From Lama guanicoe (taxonomy: Eukaryota), in assembly GCA_013239625.1 (NCBI GenBank), contig MU056960.1, positions 1,802,544 to 1,866,543 of the forward strand: a stretch of 64,000 bases of DNA. The letters are read 5' to 3'. Both the position numbers and the translations under genes were made by a program. How positions within the stretch are numbered: position 1 is the stretch's first letter; each line of letters opens with the position of its first letter. Below are positions 1 through 14,090 of this stretch, piece after piece. The notes below the pieces were generated by a model, which worked only from the letters and a program-made list of their open reading frames with translations, was not told where the DNA came from and searched no databases.

Positions 1-700
1 GTGGAAAACAGTATGGAGATTCCTCAAAAGACTAGGAATAGACTTACCATATGACCTAGGAATCCCACTCCTGGGCATATATCCAGAAGGAATCCTACTT
101 CAAAANNNNNNNNNNNNNNNNNNNNNNNNNNNNNNNNNNNNNNNNNNNNNNNNNNNNNNNNNNNNNNNNNNNNNNNNNNNNNNNNNNNNNNNNNNNNNNN
201 NNNNNNNNNNNNNNNNNNNNNNNNNNNNNNNNNNNNNNNNNNNNNNNNNNNNNNNNNNNCCATTTGCAGCAACTTGAATGTTCCTGGAGAATGTCATTCT
301 AAGTGAAATAAGCCAGAGAGAGAAAGAAAAATACCAAATGAGATCGCTCATATGTGGAATCTAAAAAAAAAAAACAAAAAAAAACAAAAAACAAATACAA
401 AACAGAAACAGACTCATAGACATAGAATACAAACTTGTGGTTGCCAAGGGAGAAGGGGGTGGGAAAGGATAGACTGGGAATTCAAAATTTGTAGATACTG
501 ACAGGTGTATGTAGAATAGATAAACAAGATTATACTGTATAGCACAGGGAAATATATACAAGATCTTGTGGTAGCTCACAGAGAAAAAAATGTGACAATG
601 AATATATGTATGTTCATGTATAACTGAAAAATTGTGCTCTACACTGAAATTTGACACAACATTGTAAAATGACTATAACTCAATAAAAAATGTTTAAAAA
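1..700 (+). mobile_element. Young L1 3' end (ORF2 C-terminus, 3' UTR, A-tail)
   Basis: gtggaaaacagtatggagattcctcaaaagactag...cccactcctgggcatatatccag is typical of the L1 ORF2 end. Ends aataaaaaa at ~683-690. Contains an N gap. Confidence 0.9.
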
Positions 701-897
701 ATATGTAAATTCCCCCCCCCCAAANNNNNNNNNNNNNNNNNNNNNNNNNNNNNNNNNNNNNNNNNNNNNNNNNNNNNNNNNNNNNNNNNNNNNNNNNNNN
801 NNNNNNNNNNNNNNNNNNNNNNNNNNNNNNNNNNNNNNNNNNNNNNNNNNNNNNNNNNNNNNNNNNNNNNNNNNNNNNNNNNNNNNNNNNNNNNNNN

Positions 898-2090
898 GTG
901 TTGGCGGGGATGTGCAGAAAAGAGAACCCTCCTACACTGTTGGTGAGAATGTAAATTGGTGCAGCCCCTATGGAAAACAATATGGAGGTTCCTCAAAAAA
1001 CTAAAAATAACTAAAAACTAAAAATAGAATCCAGACCTGGGTATTTATCTGAAGAAAGTGAAAACACTAATTAGGAAGGATATATGCACCCTCATGTTCA
1101 TTGCAGCATTATTTACTATAGTCAAGATATGGAAGCAACCTAAGTGCCCATTAATAGATGAATAGGTAAAGAAGATGTGATACATACACATGCGTGCACA
1201 CACACACAGAGGAATACTACACAGTCATAAAAAAGAATATTGGCATTTGCAGCAACATGGATGGACCTCGAGGTATTATGCTAAATATGATTTCACTTAT
1301 ATGTGCAATAAAAAAAAACCAAACATAACAAAACAGAAACAAAATCAGAGATACAGAGAACAAACAGGTGTTTGCCAGAGGGGCAGGGGGTACAAAGAGG
1401 AAAGAAATGATGAGGTACAAACTTCCAGTTGCAAAGCAAATGAGTCAGGGGTATGAAGTGTACAGCATGGGGAATGTAATTATGTAGTATCAATAATTAT
1501 GTAGTATATTTGTATAGTGACATTGCAACTAGACTTGTGATCATTTTGAAATGTATAGAATATGGACTATGTTGTGTAACAAGAACTAACAGTGTTGTAG
1601 GTCAATTATACTTCAAAAACAAAATAAAATACAAAAACTCGTAGAAAAGAGATCACATTTGTGGTTACTAGAGGCAAGAGGTGGGGAGGGGGCAGCTGGA
1701 TGAAGGCAAACCAAAGATACAAACTTCCACTTATAAGATAAGTAAGTAGTTAGGAATGTAATGTACAATATGATAAAGATAATGAACACTGCTGTATATG
1801 TTTGTATATATATTTTTACTGAGTGTAGTCAATTTACAGTGTTGTCTCTGCTGTATATTTTATATGAAAGTCATTAAGAGGGTAAATCCTAAGTGTTCTC
1901 ATCACAAGGAAAAAGAATTTTTCTATTTCTTTAATTTTGTATCTATATGAGATGAGGGATGGTCACTAAGCTTGCTGTGGTCATCATTTCATAATGTAGG
2001 CAAGTCAGATCTTTATGCTGTACACCTTAAACTTATACAGTGCTATACATCAATTATATACCAATAAAATTGGAAGAAAAAATAAAATAC
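898..2090 (+). mobile_element. Older L1 (L1MA-like) 3' fragments
   Basis: gaaccctcctacactgttggtgagaatgtaaattggtgcagcc...; 3' UTR ends with tacaccttaaacttatacagtgc...caataaaattggaag. Confidence 0.85.
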
Positions 2091-2419
2091 AATAGAGATA
2101 GAATATAGCCTGTATTTCTTATAGAGTAAGGGAAATGCTGTTCAGTGAATTTGGCGGGGGTGAAATGTATGCTTGTGTATTGTAAAAGTAACATGAAATG
2201 TATTTTTTATCATAGGTGGCAGTTATGAAAGCTACTGTATTAGAGCAGATTATGAGACTGGATCTTATGATCTTGGATATAACCAGAATTTGCCAGGGTG
2301 GTATATCTTTGGCTTATAAAACCAAGGTTGCTCTAGGAATTCACCTTATTAAATGTACTTCAGGATCATCTGTAAAAATGCTGTTTGGATCAAACTCCAT
2401 TAAATCCTTTTTTTTTTAA

Positions 2420-3575
2420 TTTAAAAAGTTTTTATTTTAATTGAGGTTTAACATTCCTAATGTTTATAAATCCTCAGTATACAGCTTGGTGAATTTTTAC
2501 ATATGCATCAACCCATGAAACCACCAACAAGTTTTAGGTCAAGATACAGAACATTTCCACTGTTCCTTGAAGGCTCCCCCATGCTCCAATCCAGTCAGTC
2601 CACCCCACCCCAGCTCATCTTCCCAGCCTCTCACCTCCCTACCTCCCTAAGTAATCACTGTTTTGGTTTCTGTCATTCTTGACTAATTTTATCTGGTTTT
2701 TGTTTGTTATTTAAATAAAATCATATAGTATGTTCTCTTTCATATCTGCCTTCCTCACTCCACATTTTGTGTAATTCAATCATCTGGGTTATATCAATAA
2801 TTTGTTCTTTTTCACTGATGGTGTAGTATTCCGTTGTATGAATATACAGCGGTTGTTTATCCATTTTACTGTTGATGGATATTTGAGTTGTTTCCAGTTT
2901 GGGGCTACTATGAATGTAACTGCTATGAACATTCTTGGTAGATACCTAGGAGTACCTAGGAGTAGAATTCCTGAGCCATGGCTCATTAAATCATTTCAGA
3001 AAAAATAAATCACCATATGAGAAATATGATCCAGCAAATGGTGCCGGGAAAAAATGTAGCTCCCCTTGGGGAAACAGTTTACTTCTTCCCTAACTCTTCC
3101 TTTTTGCCTTGTCTGCCAGGAAGCTCAGAGTTCAGTTTAAAGCTCATTGATATCAACTTATTGACTCTTCCTGGTTAGCATATCTCAATTCTCCATTTCT
3201 CTTCAGACTTGGGTTTTTTTTTTCTATTTTTATTAACTATATTTTGTTGTAAATTATCTGAAATCCTTTTAGGGAGAAAGCAGGATCTAGATATACTCAA
3301 AGATCATGAAGATTTACCCATTTTTTTTCCTAAGAGTTTTATAGAGTTAGAGCTTTCATGCAGGTCCCTGACTCATTTTGAGTTACTCTTTGTATGTGGT
3401 GTGAGGTAAGGGTCGGCCTTCATCCTTTTGCATGTGGATCCAGTTGTCCAGCAGCATTTGTTGACAAGACTATCAAATGATCTTGGCACCCTTGTTGAAA
3501 ATGAATTGACCTTAAATGTAATAAATAAATGAATAAATAAATGTAACAGTTTATTTCTGGGCTTTCAAGTCTANN
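2420..3575 (-). mobile_element. Ancient L1 fragments (L1M type), antisense
   Basis: Diagnostic stretches gatggatatttgagttgtttccagtttggggctactatgaat and ccagcagcatttgttgacaagact. Confidence 0.75.
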
Positions 3576-5159
3576 NNNNNNNNNNNNNNNNNNNNNNNNN
3601 NNNNNNNNNNNNNNNNNNNNNNNNNNNNNNNNNNNNNNNNNNNNNNNNNNNNNNNNNNNNNNNNNNNNNNNNNNNNNNNNNNNNNNNNNNNNNNNNNNNN
3701 NNNNNNNNNNNNNNNNNNNNNNNNNNNNNNNNNNNCTTGCCAATCTTTTTGGAAATGCACCTCTACCTTTAATTTTACATCAGTGAGATTGTGCTCCAAA
3801 GCAATTATTTTCATGTATCCCCATTTTATTCACCTAACTTTATATTATAAATGTATCCCCCTGTATTATAAACTTCTTTTACAAATGATTAGCTACATAA
3901 TTTAGTTTTTTTGTTCCTATCGGACACTTCTCAGTTTCGCTATTACAAACATTGCTGCCCTGCCCGCCTTCCTTCCTAAGAGAGTTTAATTCATTTGTGC
4001 AGCTATCCAGGATATTTTTACATATTGAAAACATTAATCATTTAATTCAGACTCTGAGATGGTCTCCTTAAAAGCAGTAGAACAGGGACAAGCAAATAGG
4101 ACATCAAATCCCACATTTTCATCTTTGAAAAGTCACTAATCTTTCTGAGCCTCAGTGTTCTCATCTGAAAATTGGGGATAATAGAACCTTCATAAAGTTG
4201 TCTTGAAGATTAAAGACGACGGAGGCATCTAGGGCCTCGAACAACGCCTGACATATTGTAAGAGCTCAATAAATAGTACTTATGCTTATTGTCTTCATTG
4301 TTGTTGTTACTGTTGGAACAGGCAGCAGAAGTGGAGCGATGTACCCTCGAGGAAATGGTGGGATGACATTCAGGTCTTCCCTATCAGCCTGGGAATTACT
4401 ATCTTAACAAGTAGAGGTTAGTTTCTCCCACCAGCCAAAGAGAAGCATTTCGCAATCACACAGCAAATAAATGTCTGCCTTCCTAAATCTCTGTATGTAT
4501 TTAAGATTAGTTTCTTAGGATCATATCCTAGCAATGGCTGTCAGAGGGTTTAGCTCAATCCATGGAACTATTGAAGACATTGTTCACATATTGAAAACAC
4601 TTATCTTTCAATTCAAACATAGATTAGCTCCGTGAGCACATGGCTTTGCCTGGCAAGTTCGTCATTTCAGGTCTTGAGTCAACAAACATACAAGAGGTGC
4701 AGGCGAAGGAAGGCAGAAGGTTCCCAGCCTGTATTTTGTTATATTTTGCCTAGGAAACCAGGTCAGCAGTGGTTCAAATCCCGACAAGGACTGCCATTTA
4801 TTAAAATAGTACCTGTTGCCTCTGTAGTGTGCCAGGCACTCTTCTGGTGGATTTTGGTATGTGATCTCAGGTAAGGGATTTAGATATCAAGATTACCCTG
4901 TGCAGTAAGCTCCCCCAGGAAGCCAGTTTTATAGGCGAGGAGACAAGCTTTGAGAGGGTTAGCAACTAGACCAAGGGGGTGCTCGTAGTGAATGCTGCAG
5001 TCCAGATGCAGGCACTTGCCTCTCTGATTCTAAAGCCTGGACACCTTCACTGAACTGGAGCATCTCTTATATTGCTGGAAAAGAAGTGTGTCCTTTTGAC
5101 AGTTTGGAGGCTAAGAGAGAAAGGCCTGGGGGCTTCCAAAGTAAGCTAAAGTAGGGTTT

Positions 5160-5730
5160 CATTCACCGTTTCAGCAAAGATTGACTGAGTGCCTGCTCTG
5201 GGCTCAGGATGGGACTTGCCAGATGCTGGGAGTTCAATGAAAGCCATAAACCAACACTTGGCTCTACTGGAAGCTTCAGGCCTCGGTGGGGAAGCCAGAT
5301 GCCATTCCGGTAAAGACACGAATCTGTGATACAGACTCTGATGAGTGGTTTGAAGAAGCTCAAGATGCCACGAGAGACTGGAGCAGAAATCAACTAGCCG
5401 TGAGTGGCAGGGAGGGATTTCTGGATGAAGGAAGGATGGAGGCAAAGACCCTGAGCCTGGAAGAGGGACTGAAAGAAGGTCCGAGTGGTGAAAGCAGGAT
5501 GCAAGGTGACCGGGAGAAGGGAGAGAGCAGTGGCCATGGGGGCCTGGTGAAGGTCTTTGGACTTGATCCTGAGGGCAGCAGGGAGTCCTCAAAGCGTTTT
5601 AGTGGGTTTCATGAAGATGAGCATGGCTGCAGGCGGAGGATGGATCAGATGACCTGATGGCTGTGGGAATGGACAGAAGTGGATGGATTTAGGAGACAGC
5701 TGTGGGGTAAAAATGATGCAGGTGACATGA
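5160..5730 (-). mobile_element. L2 fragment
   Basis: attgactgagtgcctgctctggg...ggcctggtgaaggtctttggacttgatcctgagggcagcagggagtc. Confidence 0.55.
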
Positions 5731-7239
5731 GTGATCCTTTCTAAAAAGTCATTTTGTTTGGAGATTAGTATGTTTCTCACCAACATCAGGGCTTGAAAAT
5801 ATTCAGATTTTCGTTTCAGTTTACCAGGGGCCTTCCTATTAGAAAAAACTCTATGGTTGAAATTCTTGGAATGTGACCTCCCATCTCCTTCCCTTCTCCT
5901 CCTTAATGTTTGATACATTTGGCTTCTCAATCCTTGGGGTTTCTTGACTGGAGCCCTGTCTGCTTCGGGTTCTGGACCAACCACCAAAGTGCTGAGTGAA
6001 TTCCATCCCAGTCCCTAAGTACAGATTAAAATAATTTCTCAATTCCTTATTAACTTGTTATACTCCCAGAGGAGCTGTTTAAAAATAAACTGGAGGATCT
6101 GTTTCCATTTCACGTAAAGGCAGCGTTTAATATACAGAGCTTCTGCCAGTCTGAACTGGATGAGAACTGTTTATACCCCAAGCTCATTCAAAATGCCTGG
6201 GATATTTCTGAAGGTTCAGTCTTGGCAGCAGCAGCTGAGAATGCAGAGATAAATAAAAAAGTCATAAGACACGGCTGACAGGGTTCGTCTGTGTTCATTC
6301 ACACCCCTGACTCATTAGGCTTTTGAAGACACAGAATTTCAAAAGACAGCCTAGTGGATGAGACAGTGGCTGTTTAAACTGCTGTGCTAAATCTCCAGTC
6401 TGGATGCTAAATGCGAAATGGAGCTGCCCTCGTAAATTCAGATGTAGAAAGAAAATGCTAAGAAATATACAAACACATATGAGTAGCACATAAAACTCAC
6501 CTCCGTGATTTAAAGAAAATGTGTTCAAATATTTGTTTTAAAAAAGCATACTTTCCAGTTTCTCTACAGTCACCGTGTTACCTGTATGACTAAGAAGTAA
6601 TTTCATTGAGCATTTACGACGTGCCAGGCAACAGGTACCGTTTCATTTCACCCTTGTACGCCACCGAGAAGAAGGTCTTACTGTCCGTGTTTTATGGGTG
6701 AGGGAGCTGAGGCTTCAAAGAGGTTTAATAGACTTGCTCGGGGCACCCAGGGGGTGAATGATGGTGGAATTCAAAACCAAATTGCTCTGGTTCCAGAAGG
6801 TGTGCTCTTAGAACAACCAAGCTCTGCTCCGATGGCCCTGCTCCTTTCCCTGTTGGAGCCTCCGTTTCTGCTATCTATGAAAAACAAGTTTTCAAATTAA
6901 ATATCTCCCTTTCCAGGACTCAAGGTCTTTTCCAGGAGGGTCAAAATTTGATAATCCCCATGTTTCTGTCTCAGTATAACTGATGTCACTTCCAGCACCA
7001 AATGTTTCCTTTTGAAATGCTGCCTTCAAGGAGACTTCGCCCTGAGGTTACTTTAGTAACACTGTTTAGAAGCCAACAACGGTAATTACTGCACATTCAG
7101 GACTGTCAAACCCGCCCCAGTGCCTTGTGGCTTCCAAGTTGGCTCAACTTTCCTCAAAATAATGTAACCCAACATCTGGCACTTGGAGGAAGGGAGGTCA
7201 ACTTACCACACTACTGACATTTACCCCCGAACGTCAACA

Positions 7240-7870
7240 TTTCTTTTTCTTTTTTAAAATTTGTTGAAGTATAGTTGATTTACAATATTTCAGGTATACA
7301 GCGAAGTAATTCAGATATATATATATATGTGTGTGTGTGTGAGTGTGGATATATATGTATATATTCCTTTTCAGATTCTTTCCCATTATAGGTTATTACA
7401 AGATACTGAATATAGTTCCCTGTGCTATACAGTAGGTCCTTGTTTATCTGTTCTATATATAGTACTGTGTATCTGCTAATCTCAAATTTCTAATATATCC
7501 CCCCTCTTCAGTAACCACAAGTTTGTTTTCTATGTCAGTGAGCCTATTTCTGTTTTGTATATAAGTTCATTTGCATCATTTTTTAAGTTTCTACATATAA
7601 ATGATATCATATGANNNNNNNNNNNNNNNNNNNNNNNNNNNNNNNNNNNNNNNNNNNNNNNNNNNNNNNNNNNNNNNNNNNNNNNNNNNNNNNNNNNNNN
7701 NNNNNNNNNNNNNNNNNNNNNNNNNNNNNNNNNNNNNNNNNNNNNNNNNNNNNNNNNNNNNNNNNNNNNNNGACACAGATTGCTTCCATGTCTCTGCTAT
7801 TGTAAATAGTGCTGCTATGAACATTGGGGTGCATGTATCTTTTTGAGTTAGAGTTCTTATCTTTTCCNNN
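7240..7870 (-). mobile_element. L1 3' end, antisense
   Basis: T-rich head, then tgaagtatagttgatttacaatattt...ttattacaagatactgaatatagttccctgtgctatacagtagg. Confidence 0.85.
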
Positions 7871-8339
7871 NNNNNNNNNNNNNNNNNNNNNNNNNNNNNN
7901 NNNNNNNNNNNNNNNNNNNNNNNNNNNNNNNNNNNNNNNNNNNNNNNNNNNNNNNNNNNNNNNNNNNNNNNNNNNNNNNNNNNNNNNNNNNNNNNNNNNN
8001 NNNNNNNNNNNNNNNNNNNNNNNNNTTTAGAAAGAAAAATCTTCTGTGATGTATTCTTTTAATGGGGACACATTGAGTTTTTTCATATTTTTTTCTATAT
8101 GCTTCAGATTTTTTATAATGACTACGAACTGCTTTTATATTTGAAAAACAATCCTATTTTAAAGATTCAGTCCAGTAAAACAGAAAAGAAGTAAAACCTT
8201 GGTGATACATAGTGTTCATTCCCCTGCCTTCTTAATTGGAAATTGTGGCACATGACCTTGACCTCCACTGGATTATTCTGGGTGGCGATCAGGGACTCCA
8301 GTTCTTACTCTACATTGCTATTACATGATGGTAAGACCA

Positions 8340-8570
8340 TGGATTTTGGATTCAGACAGACCAGGCTTCAAGTCTTGGCGTAGCCATTTACTTAGCTCTG
8401 TGACCTTGGTAAAGTTGCTTAGTGTCTCTGAGCCTTAATTTTCTCATCTGTAAATGGAAATAATGATAGTATCTACCTCCCAGAGTGGCTAGAGAGATTA
8501 AATAAGATGATAAATGCATGTAAAGCCCCGAGCATAGTGTCCAGCATTCAGTAAATGCAAATTTTCTAAT
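8340..8570 (+). mobile_element. MIR SINE (representative; similar cores near 4140, 9830, 26090-26430, 27290, 33460, 34860, 40130, 40480, 54740, 55040, 58830, 60230, 60960)
   Basis: MIR core tgtgaccttggtaaagttgcttagtgtctctgagccttaattttctcatctgtaaatgg...gattaaataagatgataaatgcatgtaaagc. Confidence 0.8.
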
Positions 8571-8719
8571 TAATTATGTGATATTGTTAATAATCTATTG
8601 CAAGCGTGGAGCCCTCAGGGACTGCCGAGGTACCTAAGACTCTGCCCTGGATCTAATTTAAAAGGTCCTCAGGTTTTGATGCTTGTTCTCTTCCTCCTCA
8701 TTTTCCAATTTGATTTTTT

Positions 8720-9450
8720 GTTTTTTATTGAGGTAAAACTTAAGAGACAGCAGGGTGCACAGCTCCCAAGTGTACAGCTGGGTGAACTCTGTATGTACAC
8801 ACCATGTCACCAGCGCCTCGATCTGGGTGAAGAGCAGGTCCCACATCCCAGGTGGCTCCCTCGCACTCCCGCCCAGGCAGCAGCCGAGCCCAAGGCAAAC
8901 TCTATTTGGATTTCTATCACCATAGAATAGTTTTGCTTATCCTCAAACTTCATATAAATGGGAACTCAGTCTGGATCCTCTGGCTGGCTCCTTTTGCTGA
9001 ACATTATGTCTGGGAGATAAGACTCCCAGACAGATTGTGGAGGGCAGCAGTAGTTTGTTCTTTTTCGTTGATGTGTCATGTTCTTTCCTGTGAACAGTAT
9101 CACAATTTGTATACTCATTCACTTCTTGGTGGCCACTTGGGCTGTGCCCAGTTTTTATGAACATTCTCATATGTGTTTTTAGGTGGATATAAAATACTCA
9201 GCCTCGGTTGCAGATTACCCAGGGGTGGAATTGATGGGCCTGAGAGGATGTACATATATTTAATTTTGGAAGATACTGCCAAAGTCATTTTCTAAAGTGG
9301 TGGCACTGTTTCTCATGGCCACTAGTGATGCAGGACCATTCCGTTGCTCCGCATCCTTGTCAACACTTAGTGTGATGAATCTTCTTCATTGTAACATCCT
9401 GGTGGCCGTGTAGTGGCTGTTTCACTGTGGTTTCATTTTCCTGGTGCACA
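8720..9450 (-). mobile_element. Ancient L1 (L1ME/MD-like), antisense
   Basis: ttttattgaggtaaaactta..., ggtggaattgatgggc...agatactgccaaag...catccttgtcaacact. Confidence 0.65.
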
Positions 9451-12400
9451 CCTTTTAATGTGCTTACCCAGCCATCAGGATGCTGTTTCATTCCTAAACT
9501 CAGTTCTGCTCTGAGGCTCTCTAGTAGCTCAGCTTGCCAGAATGATGTTTTCAGAATGAGCACAAGAGCTCTGAGAGGGCTCAGAGGCTCGCCTGTGACT
9601 GAAGCATGAGAGTTCGGGGCACACATTCCAAAATATCTACGCTGGCTTCTTCTGCGTACTTTCGAGGTCTTGGCTGTGTTTGACAGCTGAGCTTGCCAGA
9701 TACATAACTTTCAGATGAGTAACATGTTAGGAATTTTAAAAGATGCTAAGTGAGCTCTTTAGCAGCATTTCAGCTTGTATTTCTACAGGGCACTTTGGGG
9801 AAAAGAAGTCACGTTTGTTGAGTAGCTACTATGTGTCAAGCCCCGCACCCTTGCTTTAGATACATTGTCTCACTAATCTACATAAGGACTCTGTGAGGTC
9901 AAGATTATTTTACTTACAGTTCAAATGAGGAAATTGAGGCTATGGGTGGGGTCACCCACCTATTTAGATGGCAGAGCCAGGATTCGAACACTGGATCTGC
10001 CTGACTCCAAAGTCTGCCCTTCCGTGAGCGAGCAAACTTGAGGGGGAAACATTCTTTTTCTAGCAATTCTCTGATCAGAAACTATTCCTAGTGCACATTT
10101 CATTAATTTTTTTTTAATGGTCACCTCTACTAGTGCAACTTCACCTTTGAGTGGATGTCTCCCCTGGGGTCTCCCAGCATCAGGTGTGCTGATCCCAGGA
10201 GACCAGCTCCTCCACGACTCCCCAGCTCCTAACCTCTCCTCCTCCCTGTCTTTCTCCACCTCTGCACACTGGCTGATCGCAGTAACACTGTGTATGTGTT
10301 GATTTCCCTGCCAGTCTGTTTTTATTCTGTCTGGTATAGTTTCTGATAATTCTTTTAGAAGGTTTTTCCCAATGGTATAGCAATGCACCTATATTCTAGA
10401 CATTTGGGAGAACAAAAATTCACCCATTTCCTTTTGATTGTTTTATCCATGTTTAGTTTTTTTTTAAACAGTTGAAACTGGGCCACAACTTAGTTATGAA
10501 TGTAATTTTTGTTTACAGGGCAGTTACAGTTAAAGGATATACTATGAACATCTCACTCAGGAATAAATGTAAAATAGGAGTCACTTGCTTTAAAAAATTT
10601 TTTTCTTTTCCAGAAAGACAAGAGGTGGAAAGGGGCAGAGGTGACAGAAAGAACCCAGCTTCTGCTTTACCTTGAGAGCCATCATTGTGGCTGACTTCTG
10701 ACTCCCCCAGACAGAAGTCACAGTGTCCCCCTTGCTAACTTGTTGTGTGGAGCAATTGCAAATTTGCATCATCAAAATTTACAGGAATTTTGTCATTTCC
10801 ACTGTATTTCGCCCTTGACATTTCTCTCTGTTCCTTCAAACTTTGCAATGGCTTCATTATCCTTTATCAAGTTTATAAATGATCAAGTACCTAATCCTTC
10901 CCCAATTGTTGGGCATCTTGGTTGTTCCCAAACTGTTTGTGTGGGAAATAATGTGAGAGCAACAAAAGCACCATCTTTTGTTGCATCTTTATCAAAGAAA
11001 CCTGCATCTCCCTGGGGGAGAGAGACCCTATAGAGGTTAAGGGCATGAATGCAGAAGCCAGACAGCCTACAGTGTGACCCCAGGCCCATTACGTAACCCG
11101 GGTGCCTTAGACTCCTCATGCCTACCAGCCGGGAAAACTACTGCACTTACCTCACTGCCCCTTCATGTGTGTGAGGGGCTCATAGAAGTCTTTGTCTTAT
11201 TATTCTTCTGGAAGCCAAAAAACTAGGTGCTAACTGGATTTAAAAAATAATATTTTAAGGCTATACGTATTATATATTGCTGACTTGAGAGTGTGAACCA
11301 GTTTCCTCTCTGGAACCTCAGGACCCATCTCTGTGTGGTGGATGAACATTTATTGAAGCAGCTTCTTTCTTCAGTGTGGGAGCATCTCTTGGTTCTTCTT
11401 ATTCCCTGTTCATTTTTCTGCCTCCCCCTCTGGACTGTGAGCGCCTTGGGGTCAAAGACCACGTCCTAAGAGCAGTGCGGTTAGCTAGGAGGTGGTGCAC
11501 TCTCCTCTGGATCAGACTCAGGGCTGAGCCCCTTGCAGGCCTGGTCTCGTGTGTCCCTCCCAGGCCCGGAGGAGGCAGGGCCCTTGTAACACGTGGGCCC
11601 TCGGGAAACAGGCACTGAGCCACGGTGGACTGATGCAGTGATGCAGCATACCTTCCCAAACTTGTCACATCAGAAGGGGCACCTGAAACACAGAGGTGGG
11701 GGATGTTGATTCCGTGGCCTCACTCCTCAAGATTCTGTTTCTCAAGGTCTGGGGTGGGGCCCGGGAACCTGTATTTTTGCCCCGGGTGATCCTTTGTGCC
11801 GCGGCCACATCTGGGCAACACCGCATGAATAGCTAAATTACCCTGTGGTCCCTGCATTTCCTCCCTACATCCTGAGCCTTAGGCGGCTTCTGTAATAATG
11901 TCCGGGGTCCTCAGCCCCTCTACCGACTGGAGCAGGAGGGCATCTCCTCAAGAGGAGGAGAGCGAAAGCGGGTCTCATTAGTATGCAGGGCCTTCGTTGT
12001 CACTCTGCCTTTAATTGAAGCTGAAGGGCTGGCGCATCTCTCCGGGATTTTCCACTCTCTCAGGCCTTTCCGGAACTGGCTGCGCACCAGCCTGCCAAGG
12101 GGGACAAGGACAGCACAGGGGCACAGAGGCAGCCGTCTGTTGAGGCTGGAAGCCGACCACGACGTCTCTAAACTAAGGTGGAAACTGGGGTCTTTCATTC
12201 AGTCATCGCTGCCGGCTCCTCCTGCTGCCTTCTCCCTCGCTCCCTCCTTTTACTGAGTAACCTACCTGTGCAAGGCTCTGTTCTGCCAAGACCAGGAGGA
12301 GGAGCACCACCGAGGAGAGGCTTTATCTGATTTTTAGCAGAGTACTCCTTGCACGTGGTTCCCATGGTTACGGCTACACAGGCTAGAACTGGAGGGCAGA

Positions 12401-13759
12401 ATGAGCACCATCTCTGTCCCCTCCTCCACGGAGACCACGTTGGGCTCTTAGCTGTTTCTCCTGGTGGTTACTTCTGCCTCTCTAACAGACAGGTGAGATT
12501 TTAGACATCGTCTCCTGATTTCCTGTTGTGACAGATGCAGATTAGTTCACCTACATCCCATCCCCACCCTCCCAAAAGAGTTAAATTGCTCGTTTCTGTT
12601 CAGTAGTTGACTTTGTAATTTCAAGTAATATACTACCATCTTTATTTCTTCTTACCTTATTGTTTTGTGGGAGTGGGGGTGAAATATACATACAATAGTG
12701 ACCAGAAAACACATACGACTATAAAGCAAACCGCCATTCCAGTAAAGGAAGTGGCTCACAGTGTAAGGCTCCCCCAGCCTCCACGAAGCCTAACTTTGGT
12801 GATATTCGTTCTCTTGCTTTCCTTTAGAGTTCTTTTTGTCTTTATGTGCACGCCTCAACATTTAGATTTGCTATAAATAGGATCAAACAATGTGTATTAT
12901 TCTGTGCCTCGCACCTTTTCCTTCAATACTGTAAGCTGATCTGAGCTGACAGGTGTAGCTGTGGTTTGCTTGGGTTCGCTCCTGTTACCCACTGTTCAAG
13001 TGAACCACGACTTATTTATGCAGTCAGCTGTTGATGGACATCTGGGTTATTCCCAGCTTTCTGCTATCACGAACATCCTACTTCTGTCTGCTGGTACACG
13101 TGTCCAGGGGATGGATACAGGAGTGGGATGCTGCACTGTGGGGAACATGCACATGCAGTTTCACTTGACAATGCGTTTTCCACCGTGGCTGCACCAACGG
13201 ACAGTCCCCACTTCCAGAGACTCTGACTTGATTGGCTAGGATGGGGCAGGACACTGGGAGTGCCCAAGTCCCAGGTGATTCCATCCTGAGTTTCGCATCA
13301 CCTTTTTTTCCAGTCCACCAACTCTAGTTAGTGTCTTGTCTCTCCAGGTTGAAAGAATGTTCCTAGCATCCCTTTCCACTCTCCTCCCTCAAGATTTTTG
13401 TGTAATGATCTGAAAGAGATGAGGGCTTTATCCCAGGCAAGGTCAAAATGGAGGGGTGGGTAAGAGGGTCTCAGGCACTGCAGGATTGGTTGAAAGACTA
13501 GGACAAAAGAAAGGCATGCAGGCGAATCTTTCCTTCAGGCAGGGTTGAGGAACTAAAAACCCAAGGACTGGGGATTCCTCCCATCTGCCAATTCCTCCTT
13601 CCACACTACCAGTAGCCTTGGGCGTCTGTCTGCCAGTTGTGGGGCCAGAAAGAATGTCATTCAAATGGCTTAAATTTTGAAACACCGAGACTCCTGCGAA
13701 CTGCTCTGGGGGTCTCTGTGTTCATGTTTCCTTAAGAGACTCCAGCCACGGTTTGGGTT

Positions 13760-14090
13760 TCTCAGCCCTGTCTGAACCTTAGCAACATGCAGGAGCTTGA
13801 ATAAATACTGATGCCCGGGCCCCAGACCAATTACATCAGAATGTCTGCAGTGAGACTTCAGAAGCTACCCAGGTGGTTCTTAAATGCAGCCAGGGTAGAA
13901 AACCAGTAGTGGGTGAGTCTCAAGCTTTATTTAGTGTCCATCAGGATCACTTGGAGGGCTTGTTAAAACCAGGGATGGCTGGGCTCCACCCCCGGTTTTG
14001 ATTCTGCAGGTCTGGGGTGGGAGCCTGGATCTGCATTTTTAACAGGTTTCCACTGATGCAAACATTGCTGGTCCCTCAACCACACGTGGA
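13760..14090. mobile_element. Two adjacent MER5-like DNA transposon remnants
   Basis: atgcccgggccccagaccaattacatcagaat..., and aggatcacttggagggcttgttaaaacc...tctggggtgggagcctggatctgcatttttaacaggtttccactgatgc. Confidence 0.65.

Noticed and set aside
106-8025. ORFs spanning runs of X (also 63565-63951)
   Set aside because: Artefacts of N gaps, which mostly fall inside L1 repeats and reflect assembly or mapping limits.
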